Assembly: GCA_040954595.2 (NCBI GenBank)
Contig: CM082584.2
Span: forward strand, 2,387,344-2,451,343
Reading direction: 5' to 3'
DNA from: Balanoglossus misakiensis
Taxonomy: Eukaryota > Animalia > Hemichordata
DNA length: 64,000 nt
This document shows, one piece after another, positions 1 through 12,674 of this stretch. Position 1 is the stretch's first letter. Every line of letters starts with the position of its first letter. Under the pieces are notes generated by a model. It ran no database searches, was not told where the DNA came from, and saw only the letters and a list, made by a program, of their open reading frames with translations. Position numbers and translations under genes: made by a program.

Positions 1-401
1 TCAATTGAAATCTATATCTCTTCTATAGAAAATCAATACACATCTATAACTCTTTTATAGAAGTTCAATAGAAAATCAATTGAAATCTATATCTCTTCTA
101 TAGAAAATCAATACACATCGATAACTCTTCTATAGAAAATCAATAGAATATCAATTGAAATCTATATCTCTTCTATAGAAAATCAATACACATCTATAAC
201 TCTTCTATAGAAGTTCAATAGAAAATCAATTGAAATCTATATCTCTTCTATAGAAGTTTAATTGAAAAGTGGCCAAAAGTCCATAGAAGTCAATAGAATT
301 TCCATAGAAATTCCATTGAGTTTCCATGGAATATCCATTGATTCTTAATAGAAATTTTTATTGAAAAGCAATAGAAGTTCTATAGAACTTTTTCGTAAGG
401 G
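1..401. repeat. Subterminal tandem array and right end of a non-autonomous DNA transposon (CCC-ended, EnSpm/CMC-like)
   Basis: Reiterated TCAATTGAAATCTATATCTCTTCTATAGAAAATCAAT-type units rich in TCTATAGA palindromes, ending abruptly at ...TTTTCGTAAGGG (401). The partner end lies outside the window, so the family call is inferred. Confidence 0.5.
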
Positions 402-548
402 AATCAATCAAAGTGTATTATAAAACCAGATTCCAAGAAAATACAGCTGTTCAAAGGGGCTTAGGCTTTTTTCATCTTCACTTGTCAGGTTGATATGACT
501 ATTGTTAGTATGCAGTGTTGTATGAAATGTTTTACATCGCTTACTTAC

Positions 549-668
549 CTCACCCAACATGGCAGCCAATTGTTCTACAGTAAATCCACTGTAATTAATA
601 CTACCTTGACTTGGCAAAGGATATGGAGGAGAGTTCAGATCAATATACAATGTTTCTATATTGGTGCG
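549..668 (-). CDS. Internal exon of an unidentified host gene (RTNIETLYIDLNSPPYPLPSQGSINYSGFTVEQLAAMLGE)
   Basis: Polypyrimidine tract plus TACAG acceptor (669-670), 120 nt open frame, GAG|GTAAGT donor; phase 0/0, compatible with the upstream micro-exon. Confidence 0.55.
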
Positions 669-2047
669 CTGTATACAAAGAGAAGATAAAACAATATTTT
701 GTTATTGGCAGTATTGTCAGTCAGTGTTTTTTTTTAACCCTTCCACCCCAATTTCCTCTTCAGTGCTCCAACCTTAACATAGAAAACAATGCAGTTGGAC
801 TGAACCATTGTGGTGATCAGGGTAATGTAACCAGGGTTCCCCAGTCATTTTGTTAACATTCCTTATGGTACCATAAATGCAGTCATATTAATGGTAAGAC
901 AGGTGTTACATGGGGTTTCAAAATCACTTATTGCTCCACCCCCCCCCCCCCAACAATAGCCAAAATACTGTCAGTGTTATCCAAATTCTTATTTCACACC
1001 TGTTACAACTAACAAGGTATCTGTCGCAGTCATTTTATGCTCTTTTAGTATCCAGGATCTATTGTCGATGATATAATTAGGTATCCCAATGAATTTTTTT
1101 AACTTTCCTAAATCACATTTTTGTTAGTTTCATTGAAAAGTACATAGAATTTCATGAAAAATGATACCTCATTTTAAAAAATTGACCAAAGATTAAGCAA
1201 GATTGAGCAATATTTGACCTTTAAGGTCAACGACCTTTTCAAAATTACTAAAAAGCAGCATTTTCACAGCCTCATAGAATTTTACCAAAAATTGTAAACA
1301 TACTTCATCATGCCTTTTCCTGTAGAAAACAACCTATTAAATGTCATTTTAAAATTGAACAGCATGTTTAAAGAGGAGTTTTAGGGCAAATCACTACCAA
1401 AAAATGACAAAAACTCAATTTTGTGCAATGTGAAAATACCAAAAATTGGCCTTTCGGGCATTTTCATAGTTCTCTAAAAAAAAATGTTTCAAAGTTAGGA
1501 GTCTAAAACTGATTATAGTCTTACTAAATGTTACCCTTAAAATGCCTATTTTTTTCTGTGTACAAAAAATAACTGTAACTGGGAGAAAAATGGGCCTGAA
1601 AATGTTAATTTTGCCAATTTTACTTAGTGATAAAATGTGCTAAAATTTACCAAAAATCGCAATTTTCAAATGCGCATAAAATCAAAACCATACAAGCTAA
1701 TCACATGAAACTTTCAGGATGTATTCATTTTTATTTGTTCTTTACAAATAATGAGAAATTGTTGCTATATAAGTTTCACATTTGCTTCAATAAATTCTCT
1801 AAATTTGATTTAATCTGCTAAACTGCGCCAAAATCCACAAAAATGTGACATTGTAAGTGAAGTCGAAATGACTCGTTTTAGCAGTTTTAGCATTATTTTT
1901 ATATGGTTATATGGTAAGCTACATTTAAAAACTGGACAAACAAAAACTGAAGCTTGTGTCAAGGTATGTACTAGTTTTTTATTTTTCTTATTGTCAAGTT
2001 TACAATAAACAGTTCAAAGCTATTTACAGGCTGGCATGGCGTTAGTA

Positions 2048-5000
2048 TTAAGCCATAAAAAGTTTCTTGTACAAACTGTACCTATTTTCTATGTCATCCA
2101 AGTCAGGTACTATACAACATCTACCTTTCAGAACAATGTTAAATTCTGCATGAAAAACAAATTTTGATTCTACATATTCATCAACATCAACAACAGTGGG
2201 CCACTTAAATGTATTTTTGTACCCTGCTCTCATGTATTGAACTGTAGCTAACTCTCCAGATTTAGCTTCAACAACTTCTCCAATAAAGTAGCCTTGATCA
2301 TAAGCAACTGCTACAGGCACACCCTGACGAGTAAATTCATAGTGAAAACTCCACTCAGATGCCTCATTATCAGGTAACTCATCATCTGAACAAACAAGCT
2401 CTAAATCTGATTCAGAATCTGAAACAGGGGAAATCTGATCATGCTTTCGTTTCCCACTTTCAGGCAGACTACCAGACTGTTGTGCAAAATCAGATGAATG
2501 ATCATCTGCAACTGCTGAAGGATTGGAATTTAAATAAGAAATAAAATCTGTTTTGAGACAATCAAATGACTTTCTGCCCATTATTAGCCGTTCATCTTTT
2601 CTACCTAACACTTTTGTAACATATCGGATTTCATTTTTCAGAACTCTGGTTTGTTGTGTTTTAGAGTTGGCCTTTGACAACACCTTGGCAACATCACTTG
2701 CATTCTTGCATGGCCCCCCATGACTAAATACACATGTTGTAATGGTTTGCAGACTGGCTGCTTTTGCAACTTCTTTCTCTTGCTTTCTTTTGCGACTCTC
2801 TTCTAATCTTTCTTGTGTTTTTATTTTAACATCTTTCTCTATTACTCTATATTTTTGCCGCATTGCTGAAGCTTTTGATCGAGCAAATTTCAACAAATGT
2901 TGTTGCTCATCAAAGCCTTTAGCAAACAACCACTCTGAGATGGTGTGATTTGTCTTCAACATTTGTATGCTTGAATGATAAAATAGTGATGCATGTCGAC
3001 GTTTAAACATGCCAAAGTCAAGATCACCAAACTCATATTCACTTACCAGATTTGTCAATTTGCAATGTTTCATTTCATTTCTCAGTTCCTGGGTGGGTTT
3101 GGAACTATACTTTCCCCCAGGGAGGAAGTCTACAAGTTGTCGTTCAGTGACTGTTATAAATGATGTCATCAGGTTTTCCAATGTACTTTTAGTCAGTGGT
3201 GAAGAAGTGAAATCATCAGAGAACAAACTGTCGTAGACTTCATCCCGACGGGGATTGTATTTGTCACCAAACACTCCATTTTGGTCCTTTCCCATCAGTG
3301 ATGTTGAATCCATTGCCCACTCCTTAAATTGTTCAAGCATTGCTTGAATGTGGATGTACTGGTCAACGTATTCAACATCACTTTGCAGCATTAACCAAAA
3401 TGGACCAGTCACTTTATAATACAGGATCCCTAGGGCTCTGGTCAATGCAATTAGCTGTTGACAATTACAGTCAAGTAGAACACTTTCCAGTTTCATATTC
3501 ATAGACTCAAAATAATTTGTTAGGAAATCTGATATCTCTGTGGCATGATGAACTAAAGTGGCAGCTCCAAGAAAGAAATTATTGAAGCGGTTCATTCTAA
3601 AACTAGTTATGTATGATTTCTTTATCAAGTTTTCACTGAGAAAGGATACCCACTTCATTCTGCAACCATTTTTTTCATCTCCTCTTGGTCCAAGCACATC
3701 ACACCCAGTCCTGACAAACCGACAAGTAGCTGAACCTGAGGCCGATTTGAACCTCTGGAATTTCGATGAGGCATCACGACCTAATCCATGACCTAGCTCT
3801 GACACTAGTTGTCGTTCAATTTCCCTCAATTTTGACTCAACGGCTGTGCTAAGACCAAGAAGGAAATGGGCATTGCAGAATAGAAAGTGAGTGTCCATTT
3901 CTGTCCCAAAATATTCAGTTTTATATTCAGTTAATAGATTATTAAAGGCTTTATTTACACTAGATCTGTCTCCCATGATAGCAAACATTTTCCCAAGGAG
4001 AGTTTTAAAAATGGTATCTCTCTCAACATTATCGCACTCTGAATATAAATCACTTAATTCATCAATCATAGAGATGACATTATCCAGCAATGTTGAGCTG
4101 TCCTCAACTGCCACTGGTGAAAAACCAAGAGACATGGTTTTTTTGTTTTCCAGTGTTATTTGTTTACCAATTATCTTTTTTTGATCACGTGAGGTACCAT
4201 CACTGTGTAAGTCCCACCGCTCTGTCAAAGTCCCTTCCTCTGCCACTTGATATTTGGCCAAAACATGTGCCCTGTCTACAAAATTTTGTACTGTAGAAGC
4301 ACTGGGGAGGTCCTTGTCATCCAAGTTTTCATCATGCAACCACTTACTCACACATTTGATAACCTTTTTGACATTTTTGGATGATACCTCACACTCCCCT
4401 GCTAATTCCATAGAACACATTTCTAAAGCATCGGTGAATTTATTTGTAGACCCTTCCCTAGTCTGGAAAGTGCAAGCATTATGAGTTTGGCTATTATGCA
4501 ATACACCCTGAAGGTCAAGGACCTCTGCTTTTAAACCCCTTACTTCACTTGACAGTAATTTCATTTTTACTTTATTTCTCAGATTGACATGCTTATATTT
4601 ACTAATTAAAGTTTGCAATCCATGGGTTTGACGCTTTAACTGTGTTATTTTCGCTTGATCAATGTTAGTGGTGTCTCTTTGTGTTTCGATCTCCTTTTCC
4701 CGTCTCTCTAACTTCTTCAGCTTTCTCAGGTTTCTTTTATAGTTCACTGTGCCTTTCACTTGTCTAAGCTCTTTTTGGATGTTTCTCACCACTTTCTCCT
4801 TTGCAACAATTCTTGCTTTCAGAACTGACTGTTTTGTCTCTATGTTTTGAATTACTTTGGTCTTCCCTTCAATGCATTTTGACAGCTTGTGAACTTCTTT
4901 CTGCTTTTCGGTGACAAGTTCTGTCAGGGCAGAAATTTGAATCTGACGTGTTTCAGTGGCACTGTCATCTGACAAAACACTCCTGTTATCGGATCTTGAA

Positions 5001-7023
5001 CATTTCCTCTTTTGCTTCTGTGGTTTTGATGACGTGGAACTGGAAGGAGCAGCCTGACTGCAATCTACACGGAAAATCTCCTCTTTAAAGCTGGCCCCTG
5101 CATCATCATTCCGGGACTTGTTTTTATTAAGTTTCCGGAACCTCTGTCGCACTCTATCAATTTCTTTCTTAAGAAATTTCGAATCATGGATAGTAGACTG
5201 AAGAATTGGATTTAATGAATGCAAAAAATGCATCAAATGCACACTGGTGAGCTTCTCGGACTGAAAAAACTCGGACAGTTCCAGCACTAAACCATTTGTC
5301 ATGTGGCATTCCCTTGCTGAGGATGGTAACTCACTAAAGTCGTGCACATGCTTTCGCTGAAGGCCTACTCTTGCTGAAAACTTGCCTATGTAATTGACGT
5401 CGACTGCTATCTGATCGTAAAATTCCTTTCTTGTCTCATCTGACTGACTCAGTGCCCTATCTACAGCATCCCTGATGTGATACTGAAAGCGGTGACGAGG
5501 GTAGTGCGGAAACAGCATACTGAGCCATGTACATGCTTTCTCCCAGGAAGAAGCAGATTCTGTCATCAGGAGATAAACTTGCAGAAGGAGCCTATTGGTA
5601 AGAGGCAACTCTGGAAGTTTATGACGCCTACCTCTACCCCTAGCTAGGAATGTAGCCCTTAGACTATGCATTGTGTCATTAACTGAAATGGAATAAAAAA
5701 AATATTTAATACTATGTCACTTCCTAGGAATAAGTACTTAACAGTAACACTTATTCATCTACCACACCAGGTCTTGAACTTACCACATGAAAACGCGTTT
5801 GCATTCATTAAATCCAAATCTTGAGTCAACCATCCATGATTCAAAATTTCTTAAGAAAGAAATTGATACTTTGATTGAGTGCGACAGAGGTTCCGGAAAC
5901 TTAATAAAAACAAGTCTCGGAATGATGATGCAGGGGCCAGCTTTAAAGAGGAGATTTTCAGTCAGGCTGCTCCTTCCAATTCCACGTCATCAAAACCACA
6001 GAAGCAAAAGAGGAAATGTTCCAGATCCGATAACAGGAGTGTTTTGTCAGATGACAGTGCCACTGAAACACTTAAGATTCAAATTTCTGCCCTGACAGAA
6101 CTTGTCACCGAAAAGCAGAAAGAAGTTCACAAGCTGTCAAAATGCATTGAAGGGAAGACCAAAGTAATTCAAAACATAGAGACAAAACAGTCAGTTCTGA
6201 AAGAAAGAACTGTTGCTAAGGAGAAAATGGTGAGAAACATCCAAAAAGAGCTTAGAAAAGTGAAAGGCACAGTGAACTATAAAAGAAACTTGAGAAAGCT
6301 GAAGAAGTTAGAGGGACAGGAAAAGGAGATCGAAACACAAAAAGACAAAAAATGTCGAAGTTAAAATACCAAAGACAATTAATCCAAAATTTTAAAAATA
6401 CAGAGAAAATTTATTTTAATGTTCCAAGTTTTCACGTTTTTTGTGTTATCAAATATTGACCCTTTTTTGTTAATGCTGTGGAAAATTCGTTCGCTGATGC
6501 AAGTTAGCAAAAGTTTAGTAATCAACGGTCCCCCTGATAATGAGTGACTGTGGTCAATCAACACTGGACGCCATCTTAGAGTCTAGACTGGAAATATATA
6601 TCCGATGAAATAAATATGTTTTCTTACAATGCATATGTTGAAATGTTCCCGAAAAATAGTTTACGATCGTTTTATTCTACGTCTTAGCATCATTCATATT
6701 TTTTTTCGGGTCGATATTCAAATCAGTAGTGTATTTTCGCTTGCCGAAACTCGAGACCGCTCAGCTGAAATCGGCCGTTCATTTGAGCTATCAATCCTGT
6801 GTAACACAGTAAAGTACCAGATGAACACTCACACGCGTACGATCATTTTATCTGAGTCTTTGTAAATCTGAATTCATGACAGCAAAATAAGATTGGATAG
6901 CTTTAAAATGTTTTATTTCATAACATACTCACTTATTTCAGAATATAGTGTCATTATCTCGTCCAATTTTGAAGATGACACAGAACAGCGAACGGGTTCA
7001 AACGAATCGCCCATTGCCGCCAT
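2048..7023 (-). CDS. hAT-like DDE transposase, 2 exons (7023-6933, 5682-2048), ~1241 aa, apparently intact
   Basis: Exon 1 (MAAMGDSF...SEI, phase 1, A|GTGAGT) splices in frame to the TTTCAG acceptor at 5683 and the 1207-aa ORF. Motifs HSDGTS (D1), MGDRSSVN (D2), FCNAH (CxxH), RMNRFN, TNLVSEYEFGDLD (E). Confidence 0.85.
5798..6346 (+). repeat. Inverted partial duplication of transposase exon 2 (copy of ~4672-5225) inside the transposase intron
   Basis: + strand ORFs 5787-6095 and 5879-6364 reproduce the minus-strand peptide (LHSLNP..., RQRFRKLNKNKSRNDDAG...EKEIETQ) with scattered substitutions and small indels. Confidence 0.95.
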
Positions 7024-7691
7024 TTTCTGCTAACACGGATCTTACACGATTCGCGCATACATAGCACCCTATTCAATAGTGGCGCTCCGTGATGATCGCG
7101 GGTAGTGAAAAACGAAGTTCATTTTCGAAAAAATTACTAAATGAGCTTTTGAAATATATTTTTTTCGATCGAAAATGGTAAAGTTTGCGAGATTTGCGGA
7201 CACTTTAAAGTTTTTGAATCAAATTTTCGCCAGGAAGTCGGTACAGTTAACAAGAAAAAAATGCACGAATCAACAGCTCTGAATTCAGAGATTATTTTAA
7301 TGACAGTTAAAAGGCCCTTTGCCTTTCCAACAAGGAGCGCAAGAGGGCGATGCACGACGTACTTGAAATTCATGATTTGAGAAGCGCGTTCAGAGCGGCC
7401 GTCACTGCCGAGATCGCGTGTGACTACACGCGTTTATGCACGTTTTTCACAAATTTTTTATAATTTCACATAAAAACCACTTATATCACCAGAAAGCTGA
7501 AATAATTTACTTTCATATAGTGCTAATTTTGTGAACATTTTCAAAACTACTGACAAGTTACAACTGTTTAAAAATTGTCATTTTTTAAATTTTTTCATCA
7601 ATGGATACATTGTACACCTCTGTGCATGCAGTGCTTGGGATACCTAATATAATCATCTCTGATCAGACTAGATTGCATGTATAGCTCAACA

Positions 7692-7848
7692 GAATAATAT
7701 TGAAGGTCAGAATGCTTTTGATGAGGAAACAAAACACCAACTGCGAGAATATATCTTCTTCAGAAAATACCATCATTGTTATGTTAGTCAAGATACTTTG
7801 CAACTGGTGTATTGTTCTCTCATCAAAAGCATTCTGACCTTCAATATT
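7692..7848 (+). mobile_element. Small LINE (L2/Daphne-like) 3' RT fragment with a local inversion
   Basis: Peptide LQLVYCSLIKSILTFNI resembles the LINE RT C-terminal region; ~30-bp inverted repeat TAATATTGAAGGTCAGAATGCTTTTGATGAG / CTCATCAAAAGCATTCTGACCTTCAATATTA. Confidence 0.35.
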
Positions 7849-7849
7849 A

Positions 7850-8055
7850 CTGTAAAACGGATTATTTTCGTGACAGGAAATGTTCGCGATATTAAAAGAG
7901 GCAACTGTTATGCGAGGATTAATTTTCATGTTCTTGTATTTCATTGCATCTTTATCTCCGAAAAACATTTTACGCAACTTTTTCTTTTCACATGTTGTTG
8001 GCTCTCGCCTATTTCGCAAAAATTAATTGCTTGCGAAAATAACCCGTTTTACACA
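7850..8055. mobile_element. TA-flanked MITE (Tc1/mariner-like)
   Basis: TA|CTGTAAAACGGATTATTTTCG ... CGAAAATAACCCGTTTTACAC imperfect TIR. Confidence 0.5.
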
Positions 8056-8285
8056 CAGGTGCAAGCTTTCTCTTATGTGAGTATGGCAGAGAAAGTTTTG
8101 GCTGCTGTCAAAATTTTCTGACAAAGACATCCAGAAGGATTATGAAACTGAAAATGTTGATAATACAGTGAAACCTGTCAATTAATACAGACATCTCTCT
8201 AATCAGGACACCTCTCTATTAAGGAAAGATTGTTCAAGACAAGAGTAATGGTTTGAATAGAATATTACATGCACATTTCTGTTAA

Positions 8286-9114
8286 AGGGACAAAGTCTCT
8301 CTCTCGCTGCCCTTTTTAGGTCCCATTGGTATAGGCCTATATACCATGGGACCTTATGGGATTGGTTGCGTCTGTATGTATGTATGTATGGATGGATGGA
8401 TGTATGGATGTATGTCCGTCCACATCAAAAACTTGAAAACCACTGTGTGTATCACCTTGATATTTGGTGTGCACATGCAGGCTGGGCTGTAGATGGGAGT
8501 TTGTTCAAATGAAGTTGTCGTTGCCAAAAATATGCAAATTAGCTGGAAAAATGTGAACTTAGTCAAAACTCAGTAACTCAAGAACTACTGGTCAGATTGC
8601 TTTGCGAAGTGGTGTGTATTTACTTTATTGAGTTGTTTATATACACAGGAAATTCCTGAATGATTACATAACTGGCTAAGTTTTAAAGAGGCCAGCTGTT
8701 CTATTTAGTGTGTGTGTCTGTCAGTATATCGCCATTTACTCCGGTGTAGACTTTTTCTTGTGTATTCCCTCAATGGGACCACTGTGTCCTTGACGCGATT
8801 TTTTCCATTATGTTTGATACAAGAGACATTTTATATTAATGTACATGTGTATATGTAGTTAATGAACGTTCAACCATACACAATTTCCATCCCACTTGAA
8901 TGATATGAGCATAAAAACTCGCATAAAATGAATAAATGATAGAGACCGATTATTGGCGTGTGTTTTTTATCACTCTGGTGGCTACAAGCAGGGTTGAAGT
9001 TGTGTGTGGTGAAACATTGATTCACTATATATCCACATGTAGAATAACAGAAATGGTGCCCTGTAACAAACCTAATTCATGGAAAAGGGGCAGCGAGGGA
9101 GAGAATTTGTCCCT
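8286..9114. mobile_element. TTAA-flanked MITE (Kolobok/Crypton-type AGGGAC termini)
   Basis: TTAA|AGGGACAAAGTCTCTCTCTCGCTGCCCTTTT ... AAAAGGGGCAGCGAGGGAGAGAATTTGTCCCT|TTAA; same family at ~38051-38393 and ~51585-51794. Confidence 0.7.
8313..8600 (+). mobile_element. 5' part of a Helentron-associated non-autonomous element (DINE/HINE-like)
   Basis: TTTTTAGGTCCCATTGGTATAGGCCTATATACCATGGGACCT hairpin followed by (GTAT/GGAT)n microsatellite; homologous inverted copy at ~11300-11450. Confidence 0.55.
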
Positions 9115-9413
9115 TTAAGGACACCTCTCTATTAAGGACACATTTTGTGGTCCCAGAGGTGTCCTTCCTAGGCAGGTTTCAATGTACTTCACATCTCAGT
9201 TGTACTCCACTGTCTGTATGGAATCATTTCCTGGTTGACATGGTGAACTTTACAAAAACAGATAAACCACCAAAAAAGTCAGGGCCATATGTAGAGAATG
9301 ATCTTGAAACTCAGAATTTTACCATAATTACCTTGAATATCGTAAACTCTTCATATCGTCAAATAACTGCAATGCAGTACTCAGACCTTCAGAAATCATA
9401 CCATATTTCTCAC

Positions 9414-9430
9414 CTGCTCCTGACAACAAT
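9414..9430 (-). CDS. 17-nt micro-exon of the host gene (D-C-C-Q-E-Q)
   Basis: TTGTATTTCAG|ATTGTTGTCAGGAGCAG|GTGAGA; phase 1 in, phase 0 out, bridging the first exons to exon 549-668. Confidence 0.45.
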
Positions 9431-10589
9431 CTGAAATACAACAACAATCATTTAACAAAAGGTATATGTAAACAATGTCTACTCTGATTGTAGACAGATT
9501 TGATTAAACATTTTATGAAACATTTAAAGGTAGGAACCTCTAATAAAAGCAAGTGAGTCAAAAGTCAAAAAGAGCGACTTTGTCCCTTTAACCCTTTCAC
9601 CCCAAGTTCCTTCTATACAGGTCAAACCTTTTCATAGAAAACAATGGGTTTTGACTGAACCTTGGTTGTGAAAGGGTTAATGGGCTTCCATAATTAGTGT
9701 TCTTTAAAATTAGAGGGTGGTACTTAGGGGTTATTACACTAAATTTGGTGAGAACAATAGAAAGTGGCAAATTCAGGCTCTGCATGTAAGATACTAATGA
9801 CAATTAGCCTTCTGCTTTAGAATCATCACCATTAAGCTATATTGATTGTATCCGCATCAGTTTATCATCTTTTGCTAATGCATAACACGACTGTTGTGTA
9901 CTCTTTGAATGGAGGCTGATTAAATCGGTGTGACACCCATTTAAAATAACACTAAATAACACAAAACTACAATGTGTGCGCGCAAATATTTTGTCACAGT
10001 TGCGTGACATGCGCACACAAAAAATCCATTGAAAGATAACAGCGGGCGAGGCTATCTGGGGCGCCTTGTCAAGGTTGGCCGGTCAGGCGCCCTGTACACA
10101 TGTACGCGTACGCGCGCTTGTATGCTGTAGCAGGACGCACAATGATGTACGTGCGGTAACCTAGGCCACAAACTTGACACGTGTCGGGCTATAATTTATG
10201 CACACAGAAGCCATTAGATATAACAAAGCAAGTAGGGCTTCTGGGTCATTTTCCTTGATGATATAACACAAGAATTCCATACCTTGTCTGTACTTAATAC
10301 GTATCGGGGGGGGGGGGGGGGGGGACCACTGTACACAGTCTCTTTCATGATGTTTATGTACTTTATTCGCTACATTCTAAATGATATTTTTTGTGTTGGG
10401 CCATCTAGACATAAAGGGAGAACTCATTCAAGTATGTTTATCTGAAAGCCTGCTTGTCTATCGCTATTTTGTTGCACGTAATTCAAATACAATTTCACGA
10501 AAAAAAAATTGGCTCTTTGCGTGCACTGCGCGTAAAAAATAAAATATCAAACGCAAGCCCAGTAGAAATTCCAAATTACCTATGATATG

Positions 10590-11450
10590 ATTTCATAATA
10601 ATTCTAAAGAAGCCAATCCCATTAACTTACAACTAAAATTTATAGAAATCAGCCATACAGTGTACACTTTCTGAGAAATATAATTTTTTATCAAAATTGG
10701 TAAATATACCCCCAAAATACAAGACATTGCCCCCACAAAACATTGACACTTTCATCATAGGTTTTGTAAATCATCATGACAACTCACCATGGAACCTTCA
10801 AATCAAATTTCAAAGCAATGGGGTAGAGGGTTCTGAGAAAGAGTTTTGACCAAAAATGGCAAAATTCACCCCAAAAATATACTATTGAATTCTACAAATT
10901 GATTTGACAAACACACATCTCTATGCCTACCAAATTTCAAAGCAATCTGACAAATGGTTTTACAGAAAAAAATTGATCAAAAAGGCAAAATTTGCACCAA
11001 AATTATAAATTTGCAAATTTTGCAGCAAATTTAAACAAAACTTTGATAACTCACATCACCTATATGAAGCCCCATACTAAATTTCAAAGAAGTCAGGTCA
11101 TCAATTCCAGAAAAGTAGATTTTTTACCAAAAATGTGGAAAAAGACAAAAAAATACATAAATTATAGAAAATTCAAACTATTAGTTCAAAACATACACAA
11201 CTGTGTGAGGTTAATATAAGGTACATGCATACCAATTTTCAAATCAATATGACCAGTGGTTGTTGAGTTTCTGAGTTTTGGCCAAATTTACGTTTTTCCC
11301 AACAACTTCATTTGAACAAACTCCCATCTACAGCCCTGCCTGCATCTGCACACCAAATATCGAGGTTATATGCTCAGCGGTTTTCAAGTTTTTGATGTGA
11401 ACGGACATACATCCATACAGACGCAACCGATCTCATGAGGTACCACCAGT
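10590..11450 (-). mobile_element. Helentron-associated element copy (same family as 8313-8600) with degenerate internal tandem units
   Basis: 11300-11450 is the reverse-complement homolog of 8315-8520; upstream degenerate repeats of AAATTTCAAAGCAAT...GACCAAAAATGGCAAAATT. Left boundary approximate. Confidence 0.5.
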
Positions 11451-12674
11451 ATATACAAATGGGACCTAAAGATATTTCGGTGCAACTTGTAGACTGCATC
11501 ATATATATATATTGTGTTGTCGCCCAAATTGTGTGTGTGTGTGTGTGTGTGTGAGGGGGGGGGGGGGTTCCCAATGTGCCCTTCCTATGATATCTGCAAT
11601 AATTGTAGCCTAGATGGGATGATTGATCAAGCCCATAAGCGATCAACCAGCCCACCAAAGCTACAATTATTGCACCTATTCCTATGATAGCTGGATCCAT
11701 AGGGTAAACTGTACAAAACAAATAAGTGTCAGTATAAAATGTGGTAACTTTTGGCGTTTGTTTCTTCCCACTGAATTTCGACATCGCAAAGTGATTTCAG
11801 ATGTCAGTTTATATTTATAATAACATTACTGCCACTAAGAAATATGAATGAAGTTGCACAGTTTATATAAACATTACACCACTGGCAACTGTGCTATATC
11901 ATGCCACTTTTATGACCCCTTTTGACCTCTACATCCTGGCTTTTTGTCGGTGTGAGTATACAATTTCGAGTTTACCAACCACGCTATTAAATCAATGCAT
12001 TTTTTCTCATCCTTGAACAAAACTGTTAAACATTGCCTGTGTTAGAAAGATTAGCTGTTGTATTTAACATTGAATGATGAATGATGTCAAACCAACAAAT
12101 CACCAGGATGTAAGGTCACACAGGGGTCATGAAAGAGGCCTGTAAGATACTCTTGTTCTCTGCCCACTTTCTAACCCTGCTGTCACTACCAGCAGCAGGA
12201 ATGGGACAGGGGACCAGGCTATATCTATAGGACTGTTTGCTAACATTAAGTGTGTTTACTTGAGTAAGTTGGGTACTATAAAAAGAATTGTCACCATTAC
12301 TGTAGGGGGAGACATGAGTCTACCTGGTTGATTTATATTTTACATAATGTGCTTAGATTAATAGAAATAATTTATGCATAGTTACTTAGGAACACTTCCA
12401 TAACTAGTCTGCATTTTGCCTCTGCCAAATAGTAAAGAAAAAACATCAGAGAATAGGCAGAATAGAAACTAAACTGCACTCTCCTAAATATAAAATGGTT
12501 TACCCCTAAGTCTAATGTGATGCATAGTGTGATTCAATTTGTGTCAATAAAATTGCAACCACATCAGTGTTCAGTGAAAACAGTATGTGACATACTTTTC
12601 CACCTGACCAAATCTATTAGAAACACATTTTTTAAAGAAATTGTTTTAAAGGGGCAGCTGCTATGACATTTGGG

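Larger units (their letters stand above)
1078..7646 (-). mobile_element. Full-length hAT-superfamily DNA transposon, hATw-like
   Basis: Perfect 12-bp TIR TAGGTATCCCAA (1078-1089 / 7635-7646) flanked by a 7-bp TSD ATATAAT (1071-1077, 7647-7653). A 7-bp TSD is characteristic of hATw. Confidence 0.85.
8166..9184. mobile_element. Tc1/mariner-like MITE hosting nested insertions
   Basis: TA|CAGTGAAACCTGTC ... GGCAGGTTTCAATG|TA; internal GGACACCTCTCTATTAAGG repeats on both sides of the nested TTAA element. Confidence 0.6.

Noticed and set aside
5787-6364. Independent + strand gene
   Set aside because: It is a frameshifted inverted copy of the transposase exon.
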